Notes: a model not told the origin generated them from the sequence alone. A stretch of 64,000 nt of DNA from Candidatus Bathyarchaeia archaeon (GCA_038870975.1 JAVZJD010000001.1:928001-992000), one strand, 5' to 3'; counted from the stretch's first letter, positions 19,619 to 29,370 are shown. A program made the numbers and translations.

Positions 19619-20964
19619 CTGCCGGAGAGTTGAACCCGCTCAAATTTTACGTGTGGACTGTAGGAGTTTCCCCTACCATGCAGGTCTTTTGAAAGACCTA
19701 CAACCTTATCCTTCATAATCTGGTAGAAGTCTCCGCCTATAACGGCTCCTTTAACCCTCCCCTCAATAGATCCGTTGACTATCAAATATCCATGTGTCAC
19801 AGTTGCGTTTAAATAGCCGCTTACAGGGTTGGAAAGCCACTCCCCTATGGTTTTGAGGATGTAAACCCCCTTCGAAGTTTCCCCGACCATCTCATCAAGC
19901 TCGTAGTCTCCAGGCTTAAGTATGAGGTTGTTCGGTAACGGTCTTGACGACGTTGCCGAGGCTTTATGTGAGTTCCCAGTGCTTTCACGCTTCTCCCTAT
20001 TAGCGGTATACGTATCATATAGGTATGTCTTTAAAACTCCGCTCTCTATCACGCAGTTCCTCCTCACAGGTATACCTTCGTCGTCGCACGTTCTACTTCC
20101 CATAAAGCCTGGAACAGTCCCATCGTCGATAAACGTGACCTTTGGAGACATAATTTCACTCCCAATCTTATTAACAAGTGGAGACCTATTCGTTTGAACA
20201 GAGTCCGCCGAGATCGCCATAGACAATAGACTACTGAAGATCGACGCCGCTACACGTCCATCTAAGATCAAATCGTACAGCCCAGTATCCAAGGCTTTAG
20301 CGCCGATAAACTCGTAGGCTTTTAACCCAATCTCTCGCCCAAGTTCATACGGTTTAACCTCATCCATAAAACGCGCCTGTTGAAAATCTGAAAAAGTTGC
20401 AGACTCACTCCCTTCTCCAGCCTTGGCAGTCGCATAAATCACTATGAACGTGTCTCTTCTAGAGACCTCTTCACCATGAAGATTCGCTATCGTTCTCTCC
20501 GATATTTCGACGTTTAAAGCTCCATAAACCGATTTAACTCCATACTTAGAGGAGTTTATTCCCTCTATAGTTGATTCAGCTATTTCTACAGCTTCTTCAG
20601 GCGTTAATTTCGCCAAACGTTCATCGTACACTCTATCTACACTCGTTACACCTAAACCCTTAGGGGCGGAAACCCAATATGGGTCTTCAGGGCTGGCTCT
20701 AGCTATCTTAACAACTTTGTCAACGGCTTCTTCTAACCCCTGTGGAGTGACATCATTGGATAGATATAGTCCTATACGCTTACCTACTGCCACTCTAAAA
20801 CCCACTACGCATCCGTTTGTGTATCTGCAAGCCTCTACCTTATCTGTGAAATCTACGGTTAGTCTTTCTCTTCGAATAACGGTTAAATCTCCATCCTCAG
20901 CTCCAATACTCGTAAGCTTATCTAGAATCCTTCTAAGGTTAAACACGCTAACCACCTCCAACAA
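19615..20964 (-). CDS. pmbA: TldE/PmbA family protein
   Basis: SRTCDDEGIP, LKTYLYD, STGN; lacks HExxxH; downstream of tldD. Confidence 0.9.
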   Translation of the reverse strand: MLEVVSVFNLRRILDKLTSIGAEDGDLTVIRRERLTVDFTDKVEACRYTNGCVVGFRVAVGKRIGLYLSNDVTPQGLEEAVDKVVKIARASPEDPYWVSAPKGLGVTSVDRVYDERLAKLTPEEAVEIAESTIEGINSSKYGVKSVYGALNVEISERTIANLHGEEVSRRDTFIVIYATAKAGEGSESATFSDFQQARFMDEVKPYELGREIGLKAYEFIGAKALDTGLYDLILDGRVAASIFSSLLSMAISADSVQTNRSPLVNKIGSEIMSPKVTFIDDGTVPGFMGSRTCDDEGIPVRRNCVIESGVLKTYLYDTYTANREKRESTGNSHKASATSSRPLPNNLILKPGDYELDEMVGETSKGVYILKTIGEWLSNPVSGYLNATVTHGYLIVNGSIEGRVKGAVIGGDFYQIMKDKVVGLSKDLHGRGNSYSPHVKFERVQLSGS

Positions 20965-22333
20965 TCATCCGTTTAACTCTAATATGAGGACCTCCATCTC
21001 CAACTTTAACCGTCTGAGCGCTTTTCCCACATCCGCCGAATACGGAGGTACTTATGTGTAGGTCTGAGGAAACGCAGTCAACATCCCTTAAAACGTCCAA
21101 TATGAAACCTGAGATTACAACTCCTCTAACCATTTCACCGACCTCACCCTTCCTAATCATGTGAGACGGTCCTACGCTGAAAGTAAAAGTCCCCATACCT
21201 GGGTCAACCTCCCCGCCGGTTGAACCCTTACCTTTAATGTAAATGCCGTAGTCAACCCCCTCCAAAAGCTCTTCAAATTTCGCATCGCCGGGAAGCATGT
21301 AGAAGTTTGTCTGTCTAACTATCGGTATATTCTCAAAGTCTTGGCATCTACCGTTGCCAGTAGTCGTCGTCGACAATTCAGCGGCGGCTCTCCGTGACGT
21401 TAAAAACCTCTTTAAAACCCCATTCTCCACCACTAATGTCCTCCTCTTGGGAACACCCTCGTCATCATACGGTATGAAATACCCGCCTTCAACAACCCCC
21501 TCGTCAACTATCGTCACGTAGTCTGATGCAACCTTCGTGCCGAGCCTATTTCTGAGGATAGACCCACCCGAGTATACTAGGTCTCCCTCTGAAGCATGTC
21601 CGAAAGCTTCATGTAGCAGAAGTCCTACGACTTCAGGGTCTACAACAACGGTATAGCTTCCAGGAGGAGGTGTTTTACAGTATAGTGCTTTACAAACTAG
21701 GTTTGAAAGATCCGATGTGAATTCGGTCCAGTCGTTTCTCTCGATGAATTCCCAGCCGGAAACCATAGACTTCTGATGGGCTACTCTCTCCATAACACCC
21801 GACTCGTAGGCTACACTAACGTGGGAAACACCTGTTGTAAAACTCTTAACTTCAACGTCTACACCAGTGGTGGATTTTATGACTCTCCTGTCGTACATTA
21901 CACCCAGCCTTGTAAAAGCGGATTTTACCCTCGGGTCGTTAAACGCAGCCCTATTGGCCTCTAAAACCACTCTTACCTTCTCCTCAAAGTCGACCTCTAA
22001 CGGGTTTTCCTCAAACTTTGAATGGGCTTTATCTTTCACCGTTTCAACTTCAGCCAATTTAGCCTTAGATTGAGGTTGAACGGCTCTAGCTATGGCTAAA
22101 GCTCTCTCTAAACACTTGTATATACTATCTCTATCTAGTATGTTGGTCGCTGAGAATCCAAATCCACCCTTATATACCAATCTGATGCCTAGCCCCTTCA
22201 CTCCACTTCTGAAAGCCTCCCGTATATTCCGATTATCTACGCTGAATATTTCAAAGGCGCTCTCATGGTATATTAGGCTTAAATCATCTAAACCCAGCTT
22301 TTCTCCTTCGCTTAGAATCCAATCCAACTCCAT
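20948..22333 (-). CDS. tldD: TldD metalloprotease
   Basis: HEAFGHASEGD, YDDEG, GCGK..Q, GGPH. Confidence 0.92.
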   Translation of the reverse strand: MELDWILSEGEKLGLDDLSLIYHESAFEIFSVDNRNIREAFRSGVKGLGIRLVYKGGFGFSATNILDRDSIYKCLERALAIARAVQPQSKAKLAEVETVKDKAHSKFEENPLEVDFEEKVRVVLEANRAAFNDPRVKSAFTRLGVMYDRRVIKSTTGVDVEVKSFTTGVSHVSVAYESGVMERVAHQKSMVSGWEFIERNDWTEFTSDLSNLVCKALYCKTPPPGSYTVVVDPEVVGLLLHEAFGHASEGDLVYSGGSILRNRLGTKVASDYVTIVDEGVVEGGYFIPYDDEGVPKRRTLVVENGVLKRFLTSRRAAAELSTTTTGNGRCQDFENIPIVRQTNFYMLPGDAKFEELLEGVDYGIYIKGKGSTGGEVDPGMGTFTFSVGPSHMIRKGEVGEMVRGVVISGFILDVLRDVDCVSSDLHISTSVFGGCGKSAQTVKVGDGGPHIRVKRMIVGGG

Positions 22334-22354
22334 ACAGTTATAGATAAATCAAAA

Positions 22355-22446
22355 GTCAAGTTAAATCTTCCCTCTAAATCGGCCATACTTAAATACATAC
22401 TCCCCTTGAAAGCTGTTATTTACGTAGAGGTTGCTTAAAACGTCGT
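22355..22446 (+). repeat. Direct repeat copy A of the divergent promoter plus first codons of the MBL gene (copy B at ~23592-23685)
   Basis: CCCTTGAAAGCTGTTATTTACGT(A/G)GAGGTTGCTTAAAACGTCGT shared with 1 mismatch; upstream ~45 bp diverged but alignable. Confidence 0.85.
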
Positions 22447-22461
22447 CACACGGACAACGGG

Positions 22462-22610
22462 GTTGCAAACTAATCTCCTTCACCAGTCTTAGCAGTTGCA
22501 TAAGCCACTATGAAAGACACCTTTATAGAGGCCTATTCAGCATGAATGCTTCCTATCATTCAATAACCTTGAAACTGTTGATAGCTTCTTTAAGGGCTTC
22601 TACAGAATCA
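22462..22610 (-). pseudogene. Degenerate internal fragment of a second tldE/pmbA copy
   Basis: Translates SIHAE*ASIKVSFIVAYATAKTGEGD*FAT vs TldE NLHGEEVSRRDTFIVIYATAKAGEGSESAT; ~75% nt identity to 20396-20480 by eye. Confidence 0.75.
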
Positions 22611-22622
22611 GCTCCTTTAAAC

Positions 22623-22973
22623 TCAAATGAGTAGCATCCGCATGGGCTGTAGTGTACGCTTGAAGGGGTTGAATACTAAGCCTAATATCTCCAACGTTAC
22701 AACGCCGAGGAGGGCTTGGTCGTCAGCTTCACCGAGGATGACAGGCGTATGGCACTCGCCCTGCGGGAGGGATATGTAGCACTCTGAAACCTTCCGCTTA
22801 ACCGTGCTTCCATCAGCGAGGATAAACTCATGCTCACGCATGGGGGTGAGCCCTATCCTCTTCCACACCTCTTCGGGGAGAAGTGAGTATACTACACCGC
22901 TGTCGACTAAGAATCTAACATCGGCTTCACCAGTAGGACCTCTAACCCTACCTTCAACGTAAGTTATACCCAA
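22623..22973 (-). CDS. Clan AA (retropepsin-like) aspartic protease
   Basis: FLVDSG catalytic motif, LLGVVTLEILGL; TTG 22973 after GGAGG RBS. Confidence 0.85.
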   Translation of the reverse strand: MGITYVEGRVRGPTGEADVRFLVDSGVVYSLLPEEVWKRIGLTPMREHEFILADGSTVKRKVSECYISLPQGECHTPVILGEADDQALLGVVTLEILGLVFNPFKRTLQPMRMLLI

Positions 22974-23168
22974 AAATCCCCCTCCATTCAACAGTCTTCA
23001 AAGGAAGACCGCAACGGCTGGAATCATACATAAACCTCAACTTTCCCTATTAGCCTTCAATCATTTATAAACCTTATAGTGTTTAGGAAAAAACTATTTT
23101 ACTATCCGAGTTCACACATCCGGTAAGGCTTTGTACGGCAGACCTCTACTTCACATCGGCTGTCTCAA

Positions 23169-23463
23169 CTAAAATTCTCTTCCTCTAGAAATCAAGTGAG
23201 CTGCTGAATCGCGCGTTAAACTGGCTCTAACAACTCCCCTTGCAAAGCCTACAACCTTTCCCTCTTCTTTGGCAAGAAGCGCGATGGCATTGGGATCCTT
23301 TAAAAACCTCATAGTGACTTCCCTCGTCTCGCCAGACTTGTATAGTCTTAGTTCTTCCTCTAAAAACTCGTCTGGCAAGATCCCTAAAGCTTTCCCATAC
23401 CGACTTCTCACAATCCAATAGTTGCTCCAAGTCCTCTATACCAGCGCTCACTATTTCTGCCAT
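23169..23463 (-). pseudogene. GNAT acetyltransferase, frameshifted (~23383) and truncated
   Basis: MAEIVSAGIEDLEQLLDCEKSVWESFR / GILPDEFL...LLAKEEGKVVGFARG split across two frames. Confidence 0.65.
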
Positions 23464-23591
23464 TGTTATGTGATGTTTCAAGGCCAACCTATATTCTTTA
23501 AGATTTGTGGAAATAGGGTGTGACCACTCACTGATACTCGTCCACCGTTTCCACATCTCTCCACTTCACATTCGACTCTACAAGTCGAATG

Positions 23592-23685
23592 GTTAAGTTA
23601 AAATCTTTCCTATTAAACCAGCTACACTTAAACATATATTTCCCTTGAAAGCTGTTATTTACGTGGAGGTTGCTTAAAACGTCGT
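23592..23685 (+). repeat. Direct repeat copy B (promoter/RBS/5' end of the MBL gene)
   Basis: Matches copy A at 22355-22446. Confidence 0.85.
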
Positions 23686-24653
23686 TGAAAATAAGGTTCA
23701 ACGAGGGCATAGAGGTCTCTTACGGGTCGACTAGGATAATACTCGACCCTTTCAAGTTCAATTCGAAGTGTAAACTCGCTCTTCTCACGCATGCACACGG
23801 CGACCACTCTAAAGCCTATACGGAGTATGAACGTGGTCTTGCGACAGATCAAACTCTAGACCTGCTGGCGCTCTATACTGGGAAACGTAAAACCATGAAT
23901 AGTGAGACCGTTAGAATAGGTGAGAAGCTGAAAGTCGATGATTTAGAGATATCTGTCCACGATGCTGGACACATACTAGGCTCCGTCATGTTCCACATAG
24001 CTACACCTGAGCATTCAATCCTATACACGGGTGATTTAAACTGCGTAGAAACCCTAATATCTAAACCGGCTGAGGAAGTCTCATGTGAAACCCTAATAAT
24101 AGACTCTACATTCGGATACCCCTACTTTAAGTTTCCAAGTAGGGATAGACTCTACAGCGATATCGTAAACTGGGTTGTTGACGCAATTCAACGTGGCTAT
24201 ATTCCAGTTTTACACGCAGACTCCATAGGTAACTCTCAAGAGCTCATAGCTCTATTCAATAGGTTTACTAGGATTCCAGTCGTCTCCCATGTGAAGGTCT
24301 CAAAGGTGAATGAGATATACAAGCGGTATGGGTTTAAACTCGAATATTTAAGCCACGGCTCTGAAGACGCCTCTGAATCTATCAAATCGGGCTTCTGCGT
24401 TTACATAGCTCCTAAAAATGCGCGTGTTTCACTCGGTAAACCCATTGTAGAGGCCCTGGTTTCAGGATGGGCTTTAACACTCGGCGGCTTCCCATTAAGT
24501 GACCACGCCGACTACCCCAGTCTAATAAACTACGTAGCTACTGTAAGACCCAAAAGGGTTTACACGTATCCAGATGGATACTCAAGCCGGGTTTTAGCGA
24601 GTAGGATAGAGAAGGTTTTAAATATACCAGCCCGCTCGATAAGCGATTTTTAA
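23670..24653 (+). CDS. Metallo-beta-lactamase/beta-CASP nuclease (RNA-processing type)
   Basis: THAHGDH, AGHILGS, YTGD, LSDHAD. Confidence 0.85.
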   Translation: MLKTSLKIRFNEGIEVSYGSTRIILDPFKFNSKCKLALLTHAHGDHSKAYTEYERGLATDQTLDLLALYTGKRKTMNSETVRIGEKLKVDDLEISVHDAGHILGSVMFHIATPEHSILYTGDLNCVETLISKPAEEVSCETLIIDSTFGYPYFKFPSRDRLYSDIVNWVVDAIQRGYIPVLHADSIGNSQELIALFNRFTRIPVVSHVKVSKVNEIYKRYGFKLEYLSHGSEDASESIKSGFCVYIAPKNARVSLGKPIVEALVSGWALTLGGFPLSDHADYPSLINYVATVRPKRVYTYPDGYSSRVLASRIEKVLNIPARSISDF

Positions 24654-25702
24654 CCCAACTCTATGATCTTCTTAGCTACTGCTTCAGCCATCTCACTCGT
24701 CGATGCGCTTCCTCCGAAGTCGTAGGTCTTCACCTTCCCCTCTTTTAAGACTTCGAAGACTCCGGCTTCAATCTTCTTAGCCGCCTCTGTACATACAGGG
24801 TCGCTGTGTTTAGAGCCGAGCCACTCAAGCATCATCTTCGACGCCATTATGGTGGCGATGGGGTTAACTTTATTCAAGCCTTTATACTTCGGTGCGGAAC
24901 CATGTACTGGTTCAAACATTCCGTAGTTGTCGCCTATGTTTGCTCCAGCTACAAACCCCAACCCACCGACTAATTGCGCAGCTTCATCGCTTAAAATGTC
25001 TCCAAACATGTTCGTAGTGACTACTACGTCGAAGTCTTCAGGCCTCTTTACAAGTTGCATGGCCGCTGCATCTATCCTCAATTCCCAGAGCTCGACATCC
25101 GGGAACTCTTGAGCAACCTTCAAAACCGCGTTCTTAAATATTCCATCCGTAATCTTCAGTATATTCCCCTTATGCACATAAGCCAGCTTCTTCCTACGGT
25201 TCATAGCTAGTTTAAACGCAAACCTCGCTATACGTTCGCATGCCTTCCAAGTTATAACCCTCATGGCGACTGCTACTCCTGAAGCCAACTCAAACTCTAT
25301 GCCCGAATACAAGTCCTCAGTATTCTCTCTAACTATTACAAGGTCTATATTGGGTTTGAGACTTGGAACATTCGGCAGAGACCTGCAAGGTCTAACATTA
25401 GCGTATAAATCAAACATTACTCTAATCGTTACTGCTACGCTTCTAGGAGAGCCGGGTTCTTCCGGCGTTGTAACGGGTCCTTTAAGGCAGGCATCGCTCT
25501 CCTTTAAAAGCTTGATACTATGCTCAGGCAGATTTGTCCCATACTTCGGTATACATTCCAAACCAGCCTCCACGTCTAAAGGCTTTAACTCCAAACCTTT
25601 AGAAGTATCTTGCACGGCTTCTAAAACACGCATAGCAGCATCTACAACCTCTGGGCCAATACCATCCCCCTTGATCACGGCGATTCTATACACACCCATC
25701 AA
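24650..25702 (-). CDS. leuB: 3-isopropylmalate / isocitrate-family dehydrogenase
   Basis: GDGIGPEV, RENTE, NMFGDILSD, EPVHGSAP. Confidence 0.8.
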   Translation of the reverse strand: MMGVYRIAVIKGDGIGPEVVDAAMRVLEAVQDTSKGLELKPLDVEAGLECIPKYGTNLPEHSIKLLKESDACLKGPVTTPEEPGSPRSVAVTIRVMFDLYANVRPCRSLPNVPSLKPNIDLVIVRENTEDLYSGIEFELASGVAVAMRVITWKACERIARFAFKLAMNRRKKLAYVHKGNILKITDGIFKNAVLKVAQEFPDVELWELRIDAAAMQLVKRPEDFDVVVTTNMFGDILSDEAAQLVGGLGFVAGANIGDNYGMFEPVHGSAPKYKGLNKVNPIATIMASKMMLEWLGSKHSDPVCTEAAKKIEAGVFEVLKEGKVKTYDFGGSASTSEMAEAVAKKIIELG

Positions 25703-25994
25703 TTAACACCTCTAAAACCTCAACATTAGAAGGAGAGTTGCAACGCCTATTTTATATACTTTATTACTTTACATATAAACGCTCGGCAAGAAAGCTTAGA
25801 ACTTAAGGTCTACAAATGAATTGCCGACAAACCAATTAACAAATTCCACTATTCACTAAACTGTATATGCTGTATAAAGAGGCTGGGGGATGAATAAATA
25901 AAACCCTCAGCCCGCAGGAGCCGGGCGCAGCTTCTTTACAAGGGAGGAGTTGAGAAGAAGGGGCTTGTGAAGCACCTCTTTGTCTTCAGAAAAA

Positions 25995-26111
25995 TGTCAT
26001 TTTTGTCATTTTTGTCAGCCATGGAAAAAGGTATGGAAAGTGAAGTGAAGCCGGCTCAGAGTCAGCAGTCTGACCTATGGAAAATTTCCATAGCTGACAA
26101 AACTGACAAAA
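25995..26111. repeat. Iteron-like inverted repeat array (putative mobile-element origin)
   Basis: 27-bp IR (26001-26027 / 26085-26111, 2 mismatches) built of 9-bp TGTCA/TGACA units (3 left, 2 right); internal palindrome CTATGGAAA-A-TTTCCATAG 26075-26093. Confidence 0.7.
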
Positions 26112-26122
26112 TTTTAGAAGTG

Positions 26123-26530
26123 TTAGGTGTCTGTGTTTTTCGGGTTTAAGCGTCTTCCGGCTGGCTCTGTTTGAAGAGGGCTTTTCGCCCGCCTGCACGC
26201 GGGGCAGTAGCCCATCTTTTCAACAAATTTGTTGTGCCTCTCTATCTGCGTCTTTATCGTTGCGCTACTACGTCCTAGCTTCTGGGATATGGTCTTCATG
26301 CCAAGACCGTCTTCAACGTACATTTGGATGATTTGAGCGTGCTCCCTGTCGCCGACTGTTTTAAACGTCCCCCTGTACTCGCCTTTTTCAAGCTCTTCTT
26401 CAAAGGATATTTTTAGACCGAGCTTGTACGCTATGCCCTCGCCCTCTTTAACATGCCACTCTGGAAGCGGGAAGACGCCTACCCCGATATCCCCTTCTTT
26501 AGTTAATAGTGCGAACTGGTTCGGCTTTCT
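26123..26530 (-). pseudogene. 5'-truncated C-terminal fragment with HTH and CxxC motif (likely mobile-element gene)
   Basis: Frame open from 26530 with no start at its 5' end: ...PEWHVKEGE...HAQIIQMYVEDGLGMKTISQKLGRSSATIKTQI...CPACRR; GC-richer than flanks. Confidence 0.55.
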
Positions 26531-26593
26531 TCAAGCCTATGGTGGAATAACGTAGCTGGGTCGCCGTCAAGCACTATACGTCCCTGATTCATA

Positions 26594-26630
26594 ACTTCTA
26601 GTCTAGAAGCATATCTTCTAGACTAGAAGT
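26594..26630. promoter_or_regulatory. Perfect 16-bp inverted repeat made of two CTTCTAGWCTAGAAG palindromes (putative operator)
   Basis: ACTTCTAGTCTAGAAG-CATAT-CTTCTAGACTAGAAGT, ~85 bp upstream of ATG 26716. Confidence 0.55.
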
Positions 26631-26715
26631 CTTTCTTTTCAACCTCCAGATTAACATCTAGCTACACGTCGTACTTAAAACATATATATAACTTCGAAAA
26701 TTCCTCTGATGGAAA

Positions 26716-27606
26716 ATGGGCAAAGAGGTGGTAGAAGAAAGGATAAACTGGCCTCTGTGGATCATAACGATATTTGTCATAACGATTCTGACTTTTCTAG
26801 GTCAAGCTGCTATCAGTACGACGTGTATGCCATTCGCATGCTCCTTCAATTTAGCTGCATATGATTGGCCATTTGTAATACCCCTACCACTGCTACTAGT
26901 ACTAATGCGTACATACATATCTACGCTTATGGGTAGAAAAATCAGCATAACAAGTCTAATTTACTTATTTGTAGTAATCGGTGTGGCTCTGCTACTGGTT
27001 TACATAGGAATGCAGGCGGCTCCTGAGGAATCTAAGGAAGTTTCAACGGGCTCCTCAAGCAGCGGGGCTATTTTACCTGTTAGCTCGACTGCTGTTTCAT
27101 CGATAGAAGAAGCTGCTAGGCTTCTGAACGCATCCGCCCCTGTCAGGCTTCCGACAACTATACCCAGTAGCATGGTCTATATCAGAATAATCTTTTCAAG
27201 CGACACCAGCTCAATTTACGTTTTCTACGCTGATGAACCTATAGTCGAGGAGAATAACCCATTCGTTCTCATGCATCTGTTTGAAGGGTGGACGTTCGAA
27301 GATGTGGAGGGCGGGGCACCAGATATGATGCTGATAATACACAGGCTTGACTCGGAGTCCACGGTTATGGTCAGTGATATAAACACTGAGGAGGCTGCTA
27401 GAAAATATGCTGAAGAGTTCAATCTAACCTATCGAATGGTTGACGGGATAGCCGTATTCGGCTACAATCCTGTGGAGTCTAAGATCTGGGCTGAGCCCAT
27501 AGGTGTTGTGCACTTCTACATAGGCAACATAGTTTACCAGATTAGAACCCATCTATCCTTTGAGGAGATGGTGGAGATTGCCAGGTCTATTATCGAGCAG
27601 TTCTAA
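26716..27606 (+). CDS. Chimeric membrane protein: OPT/DUF6785-like N-terminus plus DUF4367-like extracellular domain
   Basis: N-term ...YDWPFV...RKISITSLIYLFV resembles MGWPFV...RRYLTTTNIVYLYIV of ORF 32053..34083; C-term PVRLPT...YQIRTHLSFEEMVEIARSI. Confidence 0.6.
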   Translation: MGKEVVEERINWPLWIITIFVITILTFLGQAAISTTCMPFACSFNLAAYDWPFVIPLPLLLVLMRTYISTLMGRKISITSLIYLFVVIGVALLLVYIGMQAAPEESKEVSTGSSSSGAILPVSSTAVSSIEEAARLLNASAPVRLPTTIPSSMVYIRIIFSSDTSSIYVFYADEPIVEENNPFVLMHLFEGWTFEDVEGGAPDMMLIIHRLDSESTVMVSDINTEEAARKYAEEFNLTYRMVDGIAVFGYNPVESKIWAEPIGVVHFYIGNIVYQIRTHLSFEEMVEIARSIIEQF

Positions 27607-27613
27607 AGTAATC

Positions 27614-28340
27614 ATGATGATAGTTGTGGTTGCCGTCCTGCTAGTGGGAGTAGCCACACCTGTCCGAGGCAAGGGGCATACGTCCGAGTGCAATTGGCAT
27701 TACTACGCTATCGGATTTTGGTATGACCCTATTAATCTTAACAACCAGACGCTAGGAGTATCTGGAAAAATTACAGTCTATGGATAACAAGATAAAGGGT
27801 ACTGGACGTTGGATTGTAGAGTTTGTACAAATATTGTTTTATGACGGCTCATGGTTGCAAATAGGATACGAGAAGAACAGGGAGGGTACTGGAGAGCTAA
27901 AGTACTACTGGGAATACTGTATCTATGTATTGTCACCCCCCTCTAACGAAAGTCTTTTTGAAAAAGCAACGGCCGGCTCAGTTCCAGAGTTTAAAATATA
28001 CCGATCAGGCTCTTCAAACAGTGGATGGATGTGGAAGCTTCTTAAAGACGGTGTTCTAAAGAAGCAGCTGTCTCTTCCATCAGCCTATTCCACTGGAAGA
28101 GCTGAGGCTGCTTTCGAATCCATAGATAGTAGTGAAGAGATTACCTATAACCAGGGGACAGGCTTGTTCACCACTTTAAAATACTACTACAGTGGATCAT
28201 GGTTAAACTGGAATGCTATAAAGTTTACAAACGGAAGAGGGAAAGCAGGTGCGGAGTACCCGCCAGACCCACCATACCACGCTAAAGCACTGAATACGAA
28301 TGCGTTTAAGACCTGGGGAGACTACGATGCAGACCCCTAA
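27614..28340 (+). pseudogene. Secreted beta-rich protein (neprosin/glutamic-peptidase-like?), +1 frameshift at ~27782
   Basis: Signal peptide ORF ...GVSGKITVY joins DNKIK...GSWLQIGY... if one G is removed from GTCTATGGATAAC. Confidence 0.55.
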
Positions 28341-28719
28341 CAGGTAACAGGGAGCCATCCATTTCCTCCTCATGGAGTTTGATGATGTTGTAGGTTCTTA
28401 TGAAACTCCGCTGATTTCTACGCTACTTCTCCCCCGCTTCTCTATTCCAGAAACCCCACCTTAGACCATCACCAGATCGATCCGTGAATCATCCAGAATC
28501 TTTCAACTCTCTCTGGTTGCAACAAAAAATACCTAGGGGGAAGGGTAAGTTCGGAATGACCGAGAAAAGACAAATATATTAGGATAAAAATTGTCTTTTT
28601 ATTACCTTTTCTAAACCGTTTAAAACTCGCTAAAAACTGAAGAAGTAGAGATTTCTAAACCAAGTTTCAAACCCTTATAGCTACCCTCTAAACTATTAGA
28701 GCCAAATTATCTAGAAGCT

Positions 28720-29370
28720 AAGTGCATAACGGAAATTAGAGGGACGAGGGGAGGAGGCAGATTTGCAAACGAAACGGAGTCTGCTAAGGTCAGAGCCAAC
28801 GAGAGAAGGTACTTTTACGGGTGGTATGATCTGGGAGGTGTGGAGCAGGCCACGATATTCGCAGTACGTCAAGCACGGTATAAATCAAGGTTTACGCTAT
28901 GCGAATTTCCAGTAGCTATGTATGACGCGTTGATAGTCCTCATACCTAAACCCGGGCTATATTTGGATAAGAACAGACTTGAAGCATTATTAGCATATCT
29001 AAATTCCTCGTTCTGTCAGTATTACATAGAGATTCATGGTAGATACATAGCTAAAGGGCCTATAGCACTTGAAGTCAACATAGCTAGGGATATGCCCATT
29101 TTAGACGTTAGAAAGCTCAGCGGTATGCAGATTCATGAGTTAGCCTATTTGTTCGATAAGCTTGAGTCTGAGGCTAGGCGTATAGGCGGTGCTTCTGAAA
29201 AAGAGATAGGTATCATAGGCGTAGAAGTTAATGGTGTAAAGACGCATACGATAGTAGTCTTCGGCGATGAAAATGTGTATCTTTTAGGAGTTGTAACTCT
29301 TGAAGAACTGGGTTTAGAAGTCGACCCGATAAAAGGTGAACTAAAACCACTGGAGCTGCTGCTAATGTGA
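28720..29370 (+). pseudogene. Fusion of a type IIG/Eco57I-like R-M C-terminal fragment with the C-terminal half of a clan AA aspartic protease
   Basis: GWYDLGG...ALLAYLNSSF..YYIE..GR...IALE...MPILDVRKL (TaqI-C-like) then VFGDENVYLLGVVTLEELGLEVDP (cf. 22623 protease); no MTase motifs, no DSG. Confidence 0.7.

Noticed and set aside
22431-22634. 67-aa ORF starting MLKTS
   Set aside because: Arises from the duplicated MBL start running into antisense tldE debris
18376-22991. Radical SAM + TldD/TldE + protease as a RiPP cluster
   Set aside because: The radical SAM gene is on the opposite strand and is a widespread archaeal type without SPASM/RRE. No precursor peptide or YcaO is seen, and the protease belongs to a separate insert
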